Below are positions 13,621 through 24,723 of a stretch of 64,000 bases of DNA, piece by piece (within the stretch, counting starts at the first letter, position 1; every line of letters begins with the position of its first letter). A model generated the notes under the pieces. The model saw only the letters and a list, made by a program, of their open reading frames with translations, was not told the DNA's origin and made no database searches. Source of the stretch: Schizochytrium sp. TIO01. Taxonomy: Eukaryota; Protista; Bigyra: Labyrinthulomycetes. The stretch covers positions 3,653,648 through 3,717,647 of the forward strand of contig SMSO01000014.1 in the NCBI GenBank assembly GCA_004764695.1, written 5' to 3'. The position numbers were made by a program, and so were the translations under genes.

Positions 13621-15261
13621 TATGTACAACATCGGCATGATTTCCTTGGTGTCTTAATGTCGAAGTCTTAAGTGTTGTCATTCAGAGTGCTTGTGATATG
13701 ACCTCAGGCGCCAAACGATATTGGCCGTCCTAGCTAGCTCAAAGTGTTACTATTGTTCTTGAGGTGGAGGGTTAAAGCAATGCAAAATGGCCCTGAGAAC
13801 CCAGGATATAGATGAATAGCAAATGGCTTTTTAATGCGCGATGAGGGACTATTCTTGCACTTTTTTATCATTTACACTTTGTTGTTAAAACAAAAATTGA
13901 AGGGAAAATGGTGTATCCTGTATCGTAGATTTAGAAAAATACATATCACATATGTAATGAGCTTCAATGCTTATATAAGGTTTAACAGTAAAAATTGATT
14001 TCATGGGTGTGTCTTCTTACTTTAACTATGAAGGGTTTGGAGAGAGAAGTGTGTTAGGTCAAGCAGGGGCTCCTAAAAACAAACGATTGGGGAGACAATT
14101 ACTCTATGTTGTATTCGAAATACTTGTAGTGAATATCCAAATTCGAGTGTATCTTGTAAAAATCTCATTCTACTGTCGAACTTGAATTCCAGGGAGAGGG
14201 AACATTGCTATTACTCCTACGAACGAGGGATTGAAACATTGCTTTGAATTTAACAGATATTTTTTGGGTAAAGAAACTGGGAAAAAAGACTTGACGAAAG
14301 TTTTTGTTTATAAAATAGATGTGTACAATGGTAAGATGCTTCAAGGCTTGAAGAATTTGCAGAAAGTCTCGCAAGGCAAGCAATCAGCTGATCGTGGAAT
14401 TTATGTATTTCAAGATCATTTAATATACACTTCACGTAGTCGATTAAGGCACAACTAATCTGCACTACACAAAGTTGCAGAGGTCAGGCAATTCTTCCGC
14501 TCCGAAGCATTATTTAAATAGATAAAGTGTCGGTGCATTTGGAACTTTACTATCAAAGTTCTTGTATTCTTAGCTACTTATCTAATTGTCTTGATCCATA
14601 TTTAATAAATTTTCCAACCATGCTTTAGTCATTAAAACCTGACGATGGTGTCATAAACTCTAGCGGTAGATTGTCAAATAGTTCTCAGGACCCTTCAATT
14701 AGCAATCTTAGCAGAGGTACATCACCTCTTCCCCACAACGCTTACAAAATAGGTTTCCTGAAAACTCTATAGGTATATCTTGAATATCGCGAATCTTGAC
14801 GTGCAAACATTTACTACATATAAACATTTACCTTCAACATCGAGATTTTCATAGCTTAATCTTTCTACAAATATGAGACATATCTCAATGGAATATTTAA
14901 GTAAATCATTCTGAATTAAAATTTTATGGAATCATTTTGTGTCCTAAGGTTGAGCCAATACCACAAGAACTTAATGCTCTTTGATTACATTGATTTTCTA
15001 AAGTTGTCAAATCTCTACACAAATGTCCAAGAGAGCTTTGTCCTACATTGATAGACATAGGCTAGATAGAATATTTACCAAACAGCTCTGTAAGACCATG
15101 ACTAATAAAATTAATTCCTTACAACAGAAATACCCTTACTTAATGCAAAACCTTGTTAGGTTATCACCACTTTCCATCAAATTATAGAATGTCCTCGGTA
15201 TCTGCCTCTGGACTCATAAAAATTGGGATTTAGAAATTTGGTGCTATAGAGTTCATTCTCT

Positions 15262-16356
15262 TTAAAAGTCACGTTTTTCGCGATGCTCTACAACGACATG
15301 GCGCAAGCCTTGCGCAAAAAATACAAAGCTTAAACCAGTAAAAAAATGCCAACAACCATGCGCAATGCGAAGCCAATCAGTTGCGTCATTAAGACCTTTG
15401 ATAAAACCAATAACACCAAAAAACAACATTATCGCAGCGCGGCGAAAAGCGTCTTCGGGATTACGCCCCAAAGCTGCACGGATGGTTGGATTATGCACAA
15501 GGTAAACCACAAACAACGAGGTAGCAACTAGGATTGGTATCAGAGTACATTCAAGCTGCCAGGGGCCAATTTCTTGGAATACTACAGTAAGCATACTGAG
15601 ACCCATACGCACGCGTTGCATTACATCTTCTTCTATTGTTGCATCTAAAACGTAAATCTGTAGCGATATGAAACTGAGGATGGCAAAAATATTATCTAGC
15701 CGGTGCCAATTGCCTTCAGTCATACCCAATACTGTATTATCAATCGTATCTGCTAGATGATACAGTGTAGAAAAGGCCATTGTGCCAATGGCTATTACAG
15801 CTGGGCATATTGTTCCAGTTCGCCATGTAAAAATTGCCACAGGAATCCCGCTTGCATTAGTTAGAACAGTAATGACGGCCATTTTCCATACATCAGTTGT
15901 CCATTGAGTACCTTCAGGACGCTCAAAATGGTGAAACCATTGAAAACTATGGCGACCAAATGCGCATCGGATAGAATGCCCTGTTGGCAACGTTGGCTGG
16001 ACACAGCACCAGCGCCCTGTACTTCCAAACTTTGCGTCATCTCGAGCAAAGATTGGCAGAGAAACTATGCTCTGCTCATGGGTAAATCCTTCTCCCCAAA
16101 GGATCACACCAAGGAATAGGCAGACGCAAGCACAAGCAAATGCTACGCGTCTTCTCCCTAAGCAAAATGCACAGTAGCTCGTGACGGCAGGCAACATGAG
16201 AATTGGCCATGTCACAGACCATAAAAGACGCGTTTCAGAACTGAAGAGTCCAAGTTCTACGGCAATGTTATTCTGTTGTTGTTGGTAGTTATAATGCTTA
16301 TGGTGGCCATGGTGCTCTTCATAAGGGAGTGTGTCAAACGCCGGGTATAATAGATA
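15262..16356 (-). CDS. CREST-superfamily (TMEM8/DUF3522-like) multi-pass membrane protein, 3' part
   Basis: About 7 TM segments with CREST metal-ligand motifs STLYH, WHRLD and HGCWH. The frame is open upstream of the GTG at 16215 as far as 16356 and overlaps the upstream ORF. Confidence 0.8.
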   Translation of the reverse strand, partial: YLLYPAFDTLPYEEHHGHHKHYNYQQQQNNIAVELGLFSSETRLLWSVTWPILMLPAVTSYCAFCLGRRRVAFACACVCLFLGVILWGEGFTHEQSIVSLPIFARDDAKFGSTGRWCCVQPTLPTGHSIRCAFGRHSFQWFHHFERPEGTQWTTDVWKMAVITVLTNASGIPVAIFTWRTGTICPAVIAIGTMAFSTLYHLADTIDNTVLGMTEGNWHRLDNIFAILSFISLQIYVLDATIEEDVMQRVRMGLSMLTVVFQEIGPWQLECTLIPILVATSLFVVYLVHNPTIRAALGRNPEDAFRRAAIMLFFGVIGFIKGLNDATDWLRIAHGCWHFFTGLSFVFFAQGLRHVVVEHREKRDF

Positions 16357-17098
16357 TTAAGACTATAGCACATGACAAAGACACAAAAACACTTGTGAGA
16401 AAGCGGCAGTGGCGTCGTAGCATGATGATCATAGTAACAGTTGCAAGTGGAATTCCCACACCTGCAAGCGGCTTCCATAGCAGCTTTTCTTGAGCGTAGG
16501 TAATCACAAGCAACAAACCATACTGCACGAGTTCGCGATATTGCACAGATGAGAGATCTTGACCAAGGTTTGTGGCCAGGACCAGTGTGCCTGAATGCAT
16601 TAGCGTCGCAATATTCAACACGCGCATCCACCCTAGTGGGCTAAGTTCAAGTACCTTGGAGCATTGATATTGTGATAATGCAAGACCAAGGAGTGCCACT
16701 GCCGAAGTCAGTCCCGAAATGACGATCGTACAGTCCGGCAATTCTGCGCCCCCAAACGCTGCAACTGCACCCAAAATCCATACTGCAAGCATTGCTACCA
16801 CTACGATCAGAAACCCTTGTGCCTGCACCTCTGCAAGTGCTCTTTCGGGTCGATTTGGAGGCAGTAGAGGCCGATTATGTTGAATGGGGTCGTCCGGTAT
16901 CCATTTGTACCCATATCCATGCGCCCCGCAGGATCGCAAAGGTTCGCTCGAAGCTCCAATGGGTTCACAACATGTCATATAGTTAACCTTGCCGCCTGTA
17001 TTTTCAGACCTTGTTGCATAAACACACATGAAATCTAAACTCAGAAATAAGAGCCAACATATTGCTAAGCTCGCTAGCGACTGTCTCCGAGACCGCAT
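16334..17098 (-). CDS. Signal-peptide multi-pass membrane protein; degenerate CREST repeat, probable 5' part of the gene above
   Basis: ATG start, signal-like N-terminus and several TM segments. Internal similarity to the downstream ORF (CCEP..CGAHGYGYKW vs CCVQP..FGRHSFQW; LSPLGWMRVLNI vs MTEGNWHRLDNI; YAQEKLLW vs VFQEIGPW). Confidence 0.75.
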   Translation of the reverse strand: MRSRRQSLASLAICWLLFLSLDFMCVYATRSENTGGKVNYMTCCEPIGASSEPLRSCGAHGYGYKWIPDDPIQHNRPLLPPNRPERALAEVQAQGFLIVVVAMLAVWILGAVAAFGGAELPDCTIVISGLTSAVALLGLALSQYQCSKVLELSPLGWMRVLNIATLMHSGTLVLATNLGQDLSSVQYRELVQYGLLLVITYAQEKLLWKPLAGVGIPLATVTMIIMLRRHCRFLTSVFVSLSCAIVLISIIPGV

Positions 17099-17948
17099 AG
17101 TGCGACGCGCTTAGAGCTCGAGTTTGTCGCAACCTTCAATCGAGGTCCTCGAGCTCAGGTCTGCAGCCGCCCTCAAGCAACTGCACAGTATCAGCGTCCC
17201 ACGACGATTCAGCCTCAATTGAGTAGCATATGCATCAAAAGGCTCAATTGCCGATAGCTCCAAAGCAAACTCGATTTGATCTCGCGCAGGACAACTTCAA
17301 AACAGCGACTTTGTTCACAAAGGAATCGACAACTGTCCAACTCCGAAAAGGGCCAGGGGTCCTCCTAAGCCTTAGATACCCTTTACAATAGGACTCACAA
17401 GCTTAGCAGTGTAGATGCCTATAGGAGCAAATAATTCTGGAGTAGCTCGTCATAATTATGCCATACGATCAAGTGCCTCCGCTAGGCCCATGGCATCTTT
17501 TCAGCAACAGAGTGAGGCCGTGGCCGATGCAAGGTCAAACGAGTGTCACCATATACTGTCGTTCCTCGCTGTCCGAATAGAGTTCGCTTTTTGCGTACAG
17601 TGTTTCTTTTATTCTTTAGGAGAGAAAACTCACACATTTTTTTTAATCCATCGTTGTCCTAAATAACTCTTTGTAATTAAAAATTGAAATAGTAAATTTC
17701 ACTTTGTCGAAAATAAAAGGCTTTTAGAAGCACCATAGAAACCGCTTAGCTATTACTCTAGCACTGTTTGCACATCAATGTGAGCAGCGGGTAGGGGGGG
17801 GTACTAGGCCCCAAATAGGTTAAACTGTAAGAAGCTACGGGAACTGCGAAACCATATCAGTCCACGATCTGGAGAAGAAGTCGAAGTCAGCGAGCAGAGC
17901 ACAATTTGAAGACTTCGAGGAGGGATCAAGACACGCAAGACGCGAAGA
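17099..17948. promoter_or_regulatory. Putative bidirectional promoter (CREST gene / TPR-STI1 gene)
   Basis: Head-to-head starts 850 bp apart with an AT-rich core at ~17600-17730. Confidence 0.45.
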
Positions 17949-19689
17949 ATGACTGAGGGAAAAGCTGCTGCGTAAGTTGTTTGGGGCTGGGTCAACTTTA
18001 TTTATGCAAGAGGCGCAGGGGATGCAGAAGGAATCGAGACTGCGGTACCGAGTCGATGGAGGCCAGCCGCTGGAGAAAACTCAACGGACGAACACAAGGA
18101 GCTGAAGAAAAGAAGACTCCAAGAAGGCGGCTTACCAAACCTTGTGGCACCATGGGCTGTTTTACATATGAGGAGAGGAATTATCGAGAATACTGACTTC
18201 AAAATGCTCCTACGGACGTGGCATTGTGGACTAGAAATGCAGAATTCCACCACCCCTGGATGATAGCGACGAGGAAGCAGATGATGAATTTGTAACTCTG
18301 GAAGAAAATCGTGCAAAGGCCGAAACCCTGACAAACCAAGCCTTGAAATCTCTGTCGGCAAAAACTTCATCTGCAAACACAAGCGAGCAGGATAAGGTCA
18401 TTGAGCTCAGTGAAACAGAGAAGGCTGCAGCGGAGGCCGTCGACAAGCTGTATGCTCGAAAGAATCGCGATGGCGATGCCGGTGATAACGCAGAGGTTCC
18501 CTCAATTTTGGAGCAAATGCAAGCTGCAAGCGAGGCAGCAAAGTCTGTTGAAAGAGCTCGCAAAGAGGCCGAGAGGAAACGTGATGACGCGACTTTCGGA
18601 GCAGGACTTGCAGAAGCAATGAGGGCCAACCGGAGACGTCAAAAGGCATGCGAAGCCGAGGTGGTCAAGCTTAAAGCACACGGCAATGCAGCCTTCAAGG
18701 CGGGGAATCACTCTGAAGCTCGTGAATTCTACTCAAAGGCTATTAAAAAATGCAAAGATGCCTCATTGGGCTCCGGATGGTACGAGGATGAGGCCGTCCT
18801 TTACTGTAATCGTGCATTGATGGCACTGCATGTGGGTGACGCTAAGGATGCCGAGGAAGACGCTAAGCGGACCATTGAGCTGCGTCCAAGCTGGGCTAAA
18901 GGCCACGTGCGCTGTGCATTAGCTTTGCGTGCACAAAAACTTGACAAAGAAGCCCAGCGATGCTTTGAGAAGGGCGCGAAGCTCGTCTCGGCCAAGGAAA
19001 AGCCCCTATTAGAAAATGAATACAAGAAGATCTACCCGCAAGCATACGAAATCTACGCAATGCCAGTGATTGGTGGATTCCAAGGAAAGGAAAACAACCA
19101 ACAGCAGCAGGAGGAGATGCAAACAAGCAAGGGTGGTAGTAAACAGCAAGATAATCCAGATGCAAGGTGGGAGATCCCGGAGGCACAACGTATTGCCAAT
19201 ACTCTTAAGGATGGTATGTGGGCCAATGAAAAGCTCCAGCAAAGAATTATGAATAATCCGATCCTTGCGAAAGGCATGGCCGATCCCAGGAGTTCAGCTC
19301 TCTTCCAACGGATTCAAGAAAACCCAAGTGCAGCCATGAAGGAGTACGGAACGAGCCCTGAAGCCCGTGCTTTCATTGAGGAACTTATGAAGACTCTGGG
19401 AGAACACTTTATGAAGGAGGGTGAAGAGAGAGCAAAACGTGACTTTCAAGCTGCAATTCAAGGCACTGCTCCTGCCATCATGACTAAGGAAGAGGCAGAA
19501 ACGCAGCGTCGTGTGCAAAAAATCCTTGCAAGAGACGATCTACGTGAGATTATGTTAGATCCTGAGACACAGAAAGTTCTTCAGGAGTGTGTCTTGAGTC
19601 CAGAAAATGTCAGTAAGTATATGGCTGACAATAAGTGGAGAACCCGTCTCAACCTCTTGTTAGACAATGGACTTATTCGTTTTGAGTAG
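17949..19689 (+). CDS. TPR + STI1/DP-domain Hsp70/Hsp90 co-chaperone (exons 17949-17971, 18243-19689)
   Basis: ATG..GC|GTAAGT donor, ACTGAC branch and TGCAG acceptor at 18242 splice in frame (MTEGKAAAIPPPLDDSDEE). Three TPRs with carboxylate-clamp residues (LKAHGN, YCNR, AKGHVR). Two STI1-like motifs (IMNNPIL..MADP; EIMLDPE). Confidence 0.85.
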
Positions 19690-21434
19690 TCAGACAAAAC
19701 CGTTTCCTATAAAAACTAGTACATTCATTTCACCAGTCTTTCCTTGGAAGTGACCTAATTTTCCGAAACAAATCGATGTTTACATAAACCCAAAGTGTAG
19801 AACAGAAGTCTTGCTATGATTATAGATTATATTTAGGGGCGCGTAACTTTCGAAAACTTCACATGCGTGTGGTTAGACCTGAATGATGGTTATTCATGTC
19901 GAACCAGTCGTAGATCTGTGTTTTGAGTTGGGCAGTATACTTTTGCAATTACATTCCCTTCGGCCTGAACTCAACTACGTTGTTGGACCAGAGGATGATA
20001 TGCAATTCTAAAATCACATGTAAGCCTGCTTCTTACTATCATTTTTTTCGTTACTGTTCTTGCAGAAGATCCTTCAACTGCATCTGACAGGATTCCACGC
20101 TCACGAAGCACGCCACCTGTGCTTTCTTCTGCCTTATGTCACCGCTATCCAATTTGTTCTTTGTGAAAAGATGTCGACTCCGTCGTGATCAACTTGTGCA
20201 GGGTCTGTTATGATAAATGCTCAAGCGATTGCGACAAAGCCGCTATCATTGATTTGACTGGGCGGCCCAACTTGTAAAGATACCGGTACACTTTGCAATA
20301 AACAAAGTAAGAAATCGCCGCATGGTTCCTGATTAGTCAGGTAATGCTCGGCGGTGGAAGTAGGTCACAGGGCATCCTATTCTTTCGACACTCACAACAA
20401 CGGGCGCCACGAAAGGAATTCCCCATCAAAAGCCTCCAGTGCAATTCTTTCGGGTCGCGATCATGTCGCTCGAGGGTGGTCGTCCGACGTGCATCTATTT
20501 ATATACACAAATATCCATCTCTGTGCCATTGCGTCAAGCCTCCTGTCTTGTCTGGAGCATGGATTGATTTTTGCATTAAAGTGGGCTTTCGCCTCATATT
20601 AATGACGCAGGTATTCTCTGTTCCTCTGCTTTTCCTCTTCCATTTCGCAAGTTTCTAAGCGAAGAATAAGATTCTCTAAGTGGACCCCGATCTTTGGTCC
20701 AGCCCCTATCCCAGAGCTGCATTCCGTCGCAGCAAACCCGAAACCCTGCCATGGAAGCCCTCCTCGCGAGCCTCGTCCTGGCGGCGTGCTTGTCACTCCT
20801 CAGGGTCCTTTCGAGCGTGAATGCCACGCAGTTCGAGGCCAAGAATAGTTCACGGGGAGCGCAGTGCAATAGCTCTGCTGTTACGTCTAATAAAAGGTAA
20901 GAAGAAAGAAGAAGTTGTGCACTGCAACGAAACAATGAATGTGAAATAATCAACCTCAAGACTGACTGAGCGCTCGAATGATATGCACCAATCGACACCA
21001 GCGAACTCGCCAGACGCCGCAGCGTACGCCCACGCACACCTCATCCATGCCAATTTCGGCGTGAGTCCGGAGAAGTATTAGGCCTTGGAGAAGGTTTTGG
21101 AGAAGGTTTTAAGTGTGGCGAGCAAGCAGGAACACACGCGGAAAGACTTGGCAAAAGAACAGAACGCGAGGGGGCTGCTAGGTACGGTCTTATGGGTTTC
21201 TGGTGGGTGGGAGGAAACGAGCGGCTAAGAAGAGAGAAAAGAAGAACGGTAAAGCACGATTGTGTAATAGGAATAAAGTCAAGAAAAGAAATAACAACAA
21301 CAGAAGCAGAAACAGAAGCAGAAACAAGCACGAGAATAAGTAACAGTAGCACTGGATCTTTGAGGGAATTAGGTTTGTGCACAACCACCTCAAGGATTTG
21401 CACATTGGGTTTTGGGGCCCAGCAAATTCGGATT

Positions 21435-23195
21435 ATGCTGGCGAGGCTTGGCGGACTTGCCTGTGCAGGGACTGGAGCAGCGACTGCGAAAGCAAGCAGC
21501 ACTCTTGGCGTGAAAGCACGGCCGAGTGGCTTGAGACGCGTGAACCACTTTCGAGCGACTCTTCTCGCGGCTCCGCATATCTGGGCAGCTGCCTCCGCTT
21601 TGCAAACGAAGCAGATCACCACGTCTACAACCACCATGTCAAGCCAGGTTGGGGCCGAATGTGCGGCACCGAGTGCGAACCTTGAGGTGGCCAGCTGGAA
21701 CATCGCGGCTATCAACAACAATCCCTTCGAGTACTGGATCTCATATGACAACGACGACTACAATTGTCTCATGGCAGATGTTCAAAGGTTCATCAAGAAC
21801 CCTGGCGAAGACGACGTCGCGGTCTCGGAGATTATCACGGACGACAAATTTGCAGACCTCAAGGAGCTCATGGAGACCTACGGTTGGAAGGACCTTGACG
21901 CAGTGGAATCCCGTTGGCGTGAAGAGTACAGAGATCGCAAGATCGTCTCAGAGTTCCTTAAAGATAAGGAGATCGGCAACAAGCGCCTTGCCTCCATGCT
22001 CGATCGGGTCACGAACACCATCAACCTCGCAGACGGCTCCAAAGCTTTCCGCCCCACCCCCATCAACTGCTATGCTGAAAAGTTCTCTAGCTTTGACGAG
22101 TGGTGGTCTCACTGGACCAATTTCATGTTCAAGGAGACCATTGAGGTGCGCATGAAGGGCGAGACTAAGCAGGTCTTGCCTGCCGATCTTTTGCTGCCGA
22201 TTAAGCGCAGCAAGTACCCGGCCATCTCTGAGGAAGAGGAGGCTATTAGTCTGCCTCTGCAGACGGTATGTGCTGCAGCCTTCGATGGTATTCTCGTTCA
22301 CATGCTGAACAAGGTTTCTGGAGAGGCCTGGCAGGATCTTCGCAAGCAGCTTAGCGAGGCGCTGAATATGCGTAAGAACGAGCGCACGATGGAGATTCTT
22401 GAGAAGACCTATGGATCTTCTGATGTTGTGTTTCTGCAGGAGGTTGCTGGCGCCTTTGTGTCGCAGCTTGAGGCCCACCCAGTGCTTTCTCAGCGTTTTG
22501 CAATTCTTGCACCTGTGACCTCTGGCAAACGCGACCAGCTCTCTGTGATTCTCGCTAACAAAGAGATCTTTGACATTGAGGCTGCTAAGGATGTCTCCGA
22601 TGCTGTCTCCGCAAAGTTCCCTGCAGGAAAAGACGTCCCTGTAGCCGAAGGCGACCTTGTTGCATCGCTTGTGCCTTTGCGCAACAGCGAGGAGGGAACC
22701 CAACCTTTTCTATTGGCTTCTTTCCATGGTGACACAAACGGTCTTGCTACGATTCCTGTTGTGCAGGCCGTGCATGATTACGTGAGCGAGGACCTTGATA
22801 ATAAGGCAACGCTGCTCTTTGGCCTGGACGCCAACACCTACGAGAACAGCACACCTGGCAAAACACAAGATGTTCTGGAGTTTGGAGAATTCTACGTTAA
22901 ACAGGGACTTACCTCCACCTGGGGCGATAAGCCCAAGGCTGATGAGTACACCACCTTTAACGCGCGTACTTTCTTGCAGCCGCAATTGAACAAAGCTGTG
23001 ACCAAGGAAGAGGTTCGTGCTAAGGGTGATGTGAACCCGAAGGATTTTATCCTCTTTTACAAGAACCAGATGGCCGCTGAGAGCAGCACCGTTAAGGACA
23101 ACACTGGCGAGCGCTCCTTTGTGGAGGATGTCTTCCCTACACTTACATTTCCCTCAGATCACGCCGTTATTTCTGCTAAGGTCAAGACGATCTAA
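21435..23195 (+). CDS. Endonuclease/exonuclease/phosphatase (EEP) superfamily protein, uncharacterised
   Basis: EEP motifs SWNIA, VFLQEV, SFHGD, FGLDAN, KDFI and FPSDH; strong GC3 codon bias. Likely starts at 21435 or 21636 (the ORF is open from 21192). Confidence 0.85.
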   Translation: MLARLGGLACAGTGAATAKASSTLGVKARPSGLRRVNHFRATLLAAPHIWAAASALQTKQITTSTTTMSSQVGAECAAPSANLEVASWNIAAINNNPFEYWISYDNDDYNCLMADVQRFIKNPGEDDVAVSEIITDDKFADLKELMETYGWKDLDAVESRWREEYRDRKIVSEFLKDKEIGNKRLASMLDRVTNTINLADGSKAFRPTPINCYAEKFSSFDEWWSHWTNFMFKETIEVRMKGETKQVLPADLLLPIKRSKYPAISEEEEAISLPLQTVCAAAFDGILVHMLNKVSGEAWQDLRKQLSEALNMRKNERTMEILEKTYGSSDVVFLQEVAGAFVSQLEAHPVLSQRFAILAPVTSGKRDQLSVILANKEIFDIEAAKDVSDAVSAKFPAGKDVPVAEGDLVASLVPLRNSEEGTQPFLLASFHGDTNGLATIPVVQAVHDYVSEDLDNKATLLFGLDANTYENSTPGKTQDVLEFGEFYVKQGLTSTWGDKPKADEYTTFNARTFLQPQLNKAVTKEEVRAKGDVNPKDFILFYKNQMAAESSTVKDNTGERSFVEDVFPTLTFPSDHAVISAKVKTI

Positions 23196-23718
23196 TTCAA
23201 CTTAGAAGGATCCTTATTCCTTCTTTGTTTTTGTGTATGTGCCTAGTAGAAGATCTGATTGGCCACCATAGAATTCACGACGATAACAAGCTAATAACAA
23301 ATAACAACCAACCCAACTATTCTTTGTTTTCTTCCTCTTTCTCTTTCTTATCGAAGGCCTTGCTCAATATTTATTTTTTAAAATAGCCTAGTGCATGAGA
23401 GAGCTCAAATACCTACTTGGCTAGCTATTCCTTTCTAGAGCTCTTGAACTCCGTATGCTTGTTGAAGACATGCTATCTAAAAAATCTATAATTATTTCAC
23501 CACGCAAGCAATGTGCAGTGCGAGGCACTCAAGAGACGAATTGTGTTTAGGTAGCAAAGGTTTCCAGTACCATTTGAAGAGACCTGTACTTCGCAGGGAC
23601 AATGCCGACCCAGCAAAAGGAGGTTACAAATCATGACACGTTTCAACCCATCCAGACGCAGCTATGTACATCAGGCTACGAAGTTGGCGGCTTATTAATT
23701 CGGCCCTAACTTTCAATC

Positions 23719-24723
23719 TTACAGTTTAGCGTGCACTTTCGCTGTCTGAAGAAGCAGAACTCCGGCGCGAGCATCCTCCAAGGTAGAAAGTGGAGGCTTC
23801 CCTTCCCTAACACATTTTTCTAAAAAGTATTGTACTTCTTCATAAACACTATTAGGAAATGCATCATAAGTGTGCGAGTGAATGGTGTGCTTCTCATTCA
23901 CGACAATATCATTGTAAGAGTAGCGCGCGGCGCCCTTGGTACCAATAACCTTGACACTGAAGCTCCAGGGCTCTGCAGAGTGGTCGTCCGCTGCAAAACT
24001 TCCCTCAAGCACAACGATAGTGCCGGCCTTGACCTTTGTAAGAATCACAGCTGTACTCTCCCGGTCTTTAAGCTCGCTACCCACGCTGGATGCGAGACAC
24101 TGCACTGCAACTGGATCTGCGTCCTCACCAGAACCGAGCAAGAAGCGTGCAATATATGAATGATGTGTCATGGTTTGATCCATAACACCCACAAGGCGAG
24201 CAGCCACTTCGTCATTATGATGGATATTGTACATTACAGACACATGCACAAGTGTACCAAGGCGACCTTGTGCAATGGATTCTCGCATTCGTACAAGCTG
24301 TGGATCGTATATGCAATTATGGCCAGGCATACAAACCCGGTTATGCTTTTGGCTAAGGTGAATAAGCTCATCAATCTCACTCGCTGTAGCAGCCACAGGT
24401 TTTTCTACGAGAACATGTTTCCCGTGCTGCAAGGCTTCTTTGGCGAGCTGAAGATGAGTTTGCAGTGGAGTTAAGATGAAGACAGCCTCAACCTCGCGAT
24501 CGTTCCAGACATCGTCGAGAGTCTTAAAAACCTTCTTCGCACCAAATGCTTTGCAGCGCTCGTGAACATTCACGATGTGCCCACCTGACGAGATATCCTT
24601 CTCCTTGTGGTTCCACACGCCTACAAGTTTGCCACAGGTCGAGCGTCTTAGGGCATCGGCGTGAAGCGTTGCGATGTCGCCAACCCCAAGAAAGGCGACG
24701 CCGACTGGCGACTTCGATAGCAT
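23719..24723 (-). CDS. Gfo/Idh/MocA family NAD(P)-dependent oxidoreductase with PTS1
   Basis: Rossmann GVGDIA, AVFILTP..H and GKHVLVEKP motifs. ATG at 24723; ends VHAKL; intronless. Confidence 0.9.
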   Translation of the reverse strand: MLSKSPVGVAFLGVGDIATLHADALRRSTCGKLVGVWNHKEKDISSGGHIVNVHERCKAFGAKKVFKTLDDVWNDREVEAVFILTPLQTHLQLAKEALQHGKHVLVEKPVAATASEIDELIHLSQKHNRVCMPGHNCIYDPQLVRMRESIAQGRLGTLVHVSVMYNIHHNDEVAARLVGVMDQTMTHHSYIARFLLGSGEDADPVAVQCLASSVGSELKDRESTAVILTKVKAGTIVVLEGSFAADDHSAEPWSFSVKVIGTKGAARYSYNDIVVNEKHTIHSHTYDAFPNSVYEEVQYFLEKCVREGKPPLSTLEDARAGVLLLQTAKVHAKL

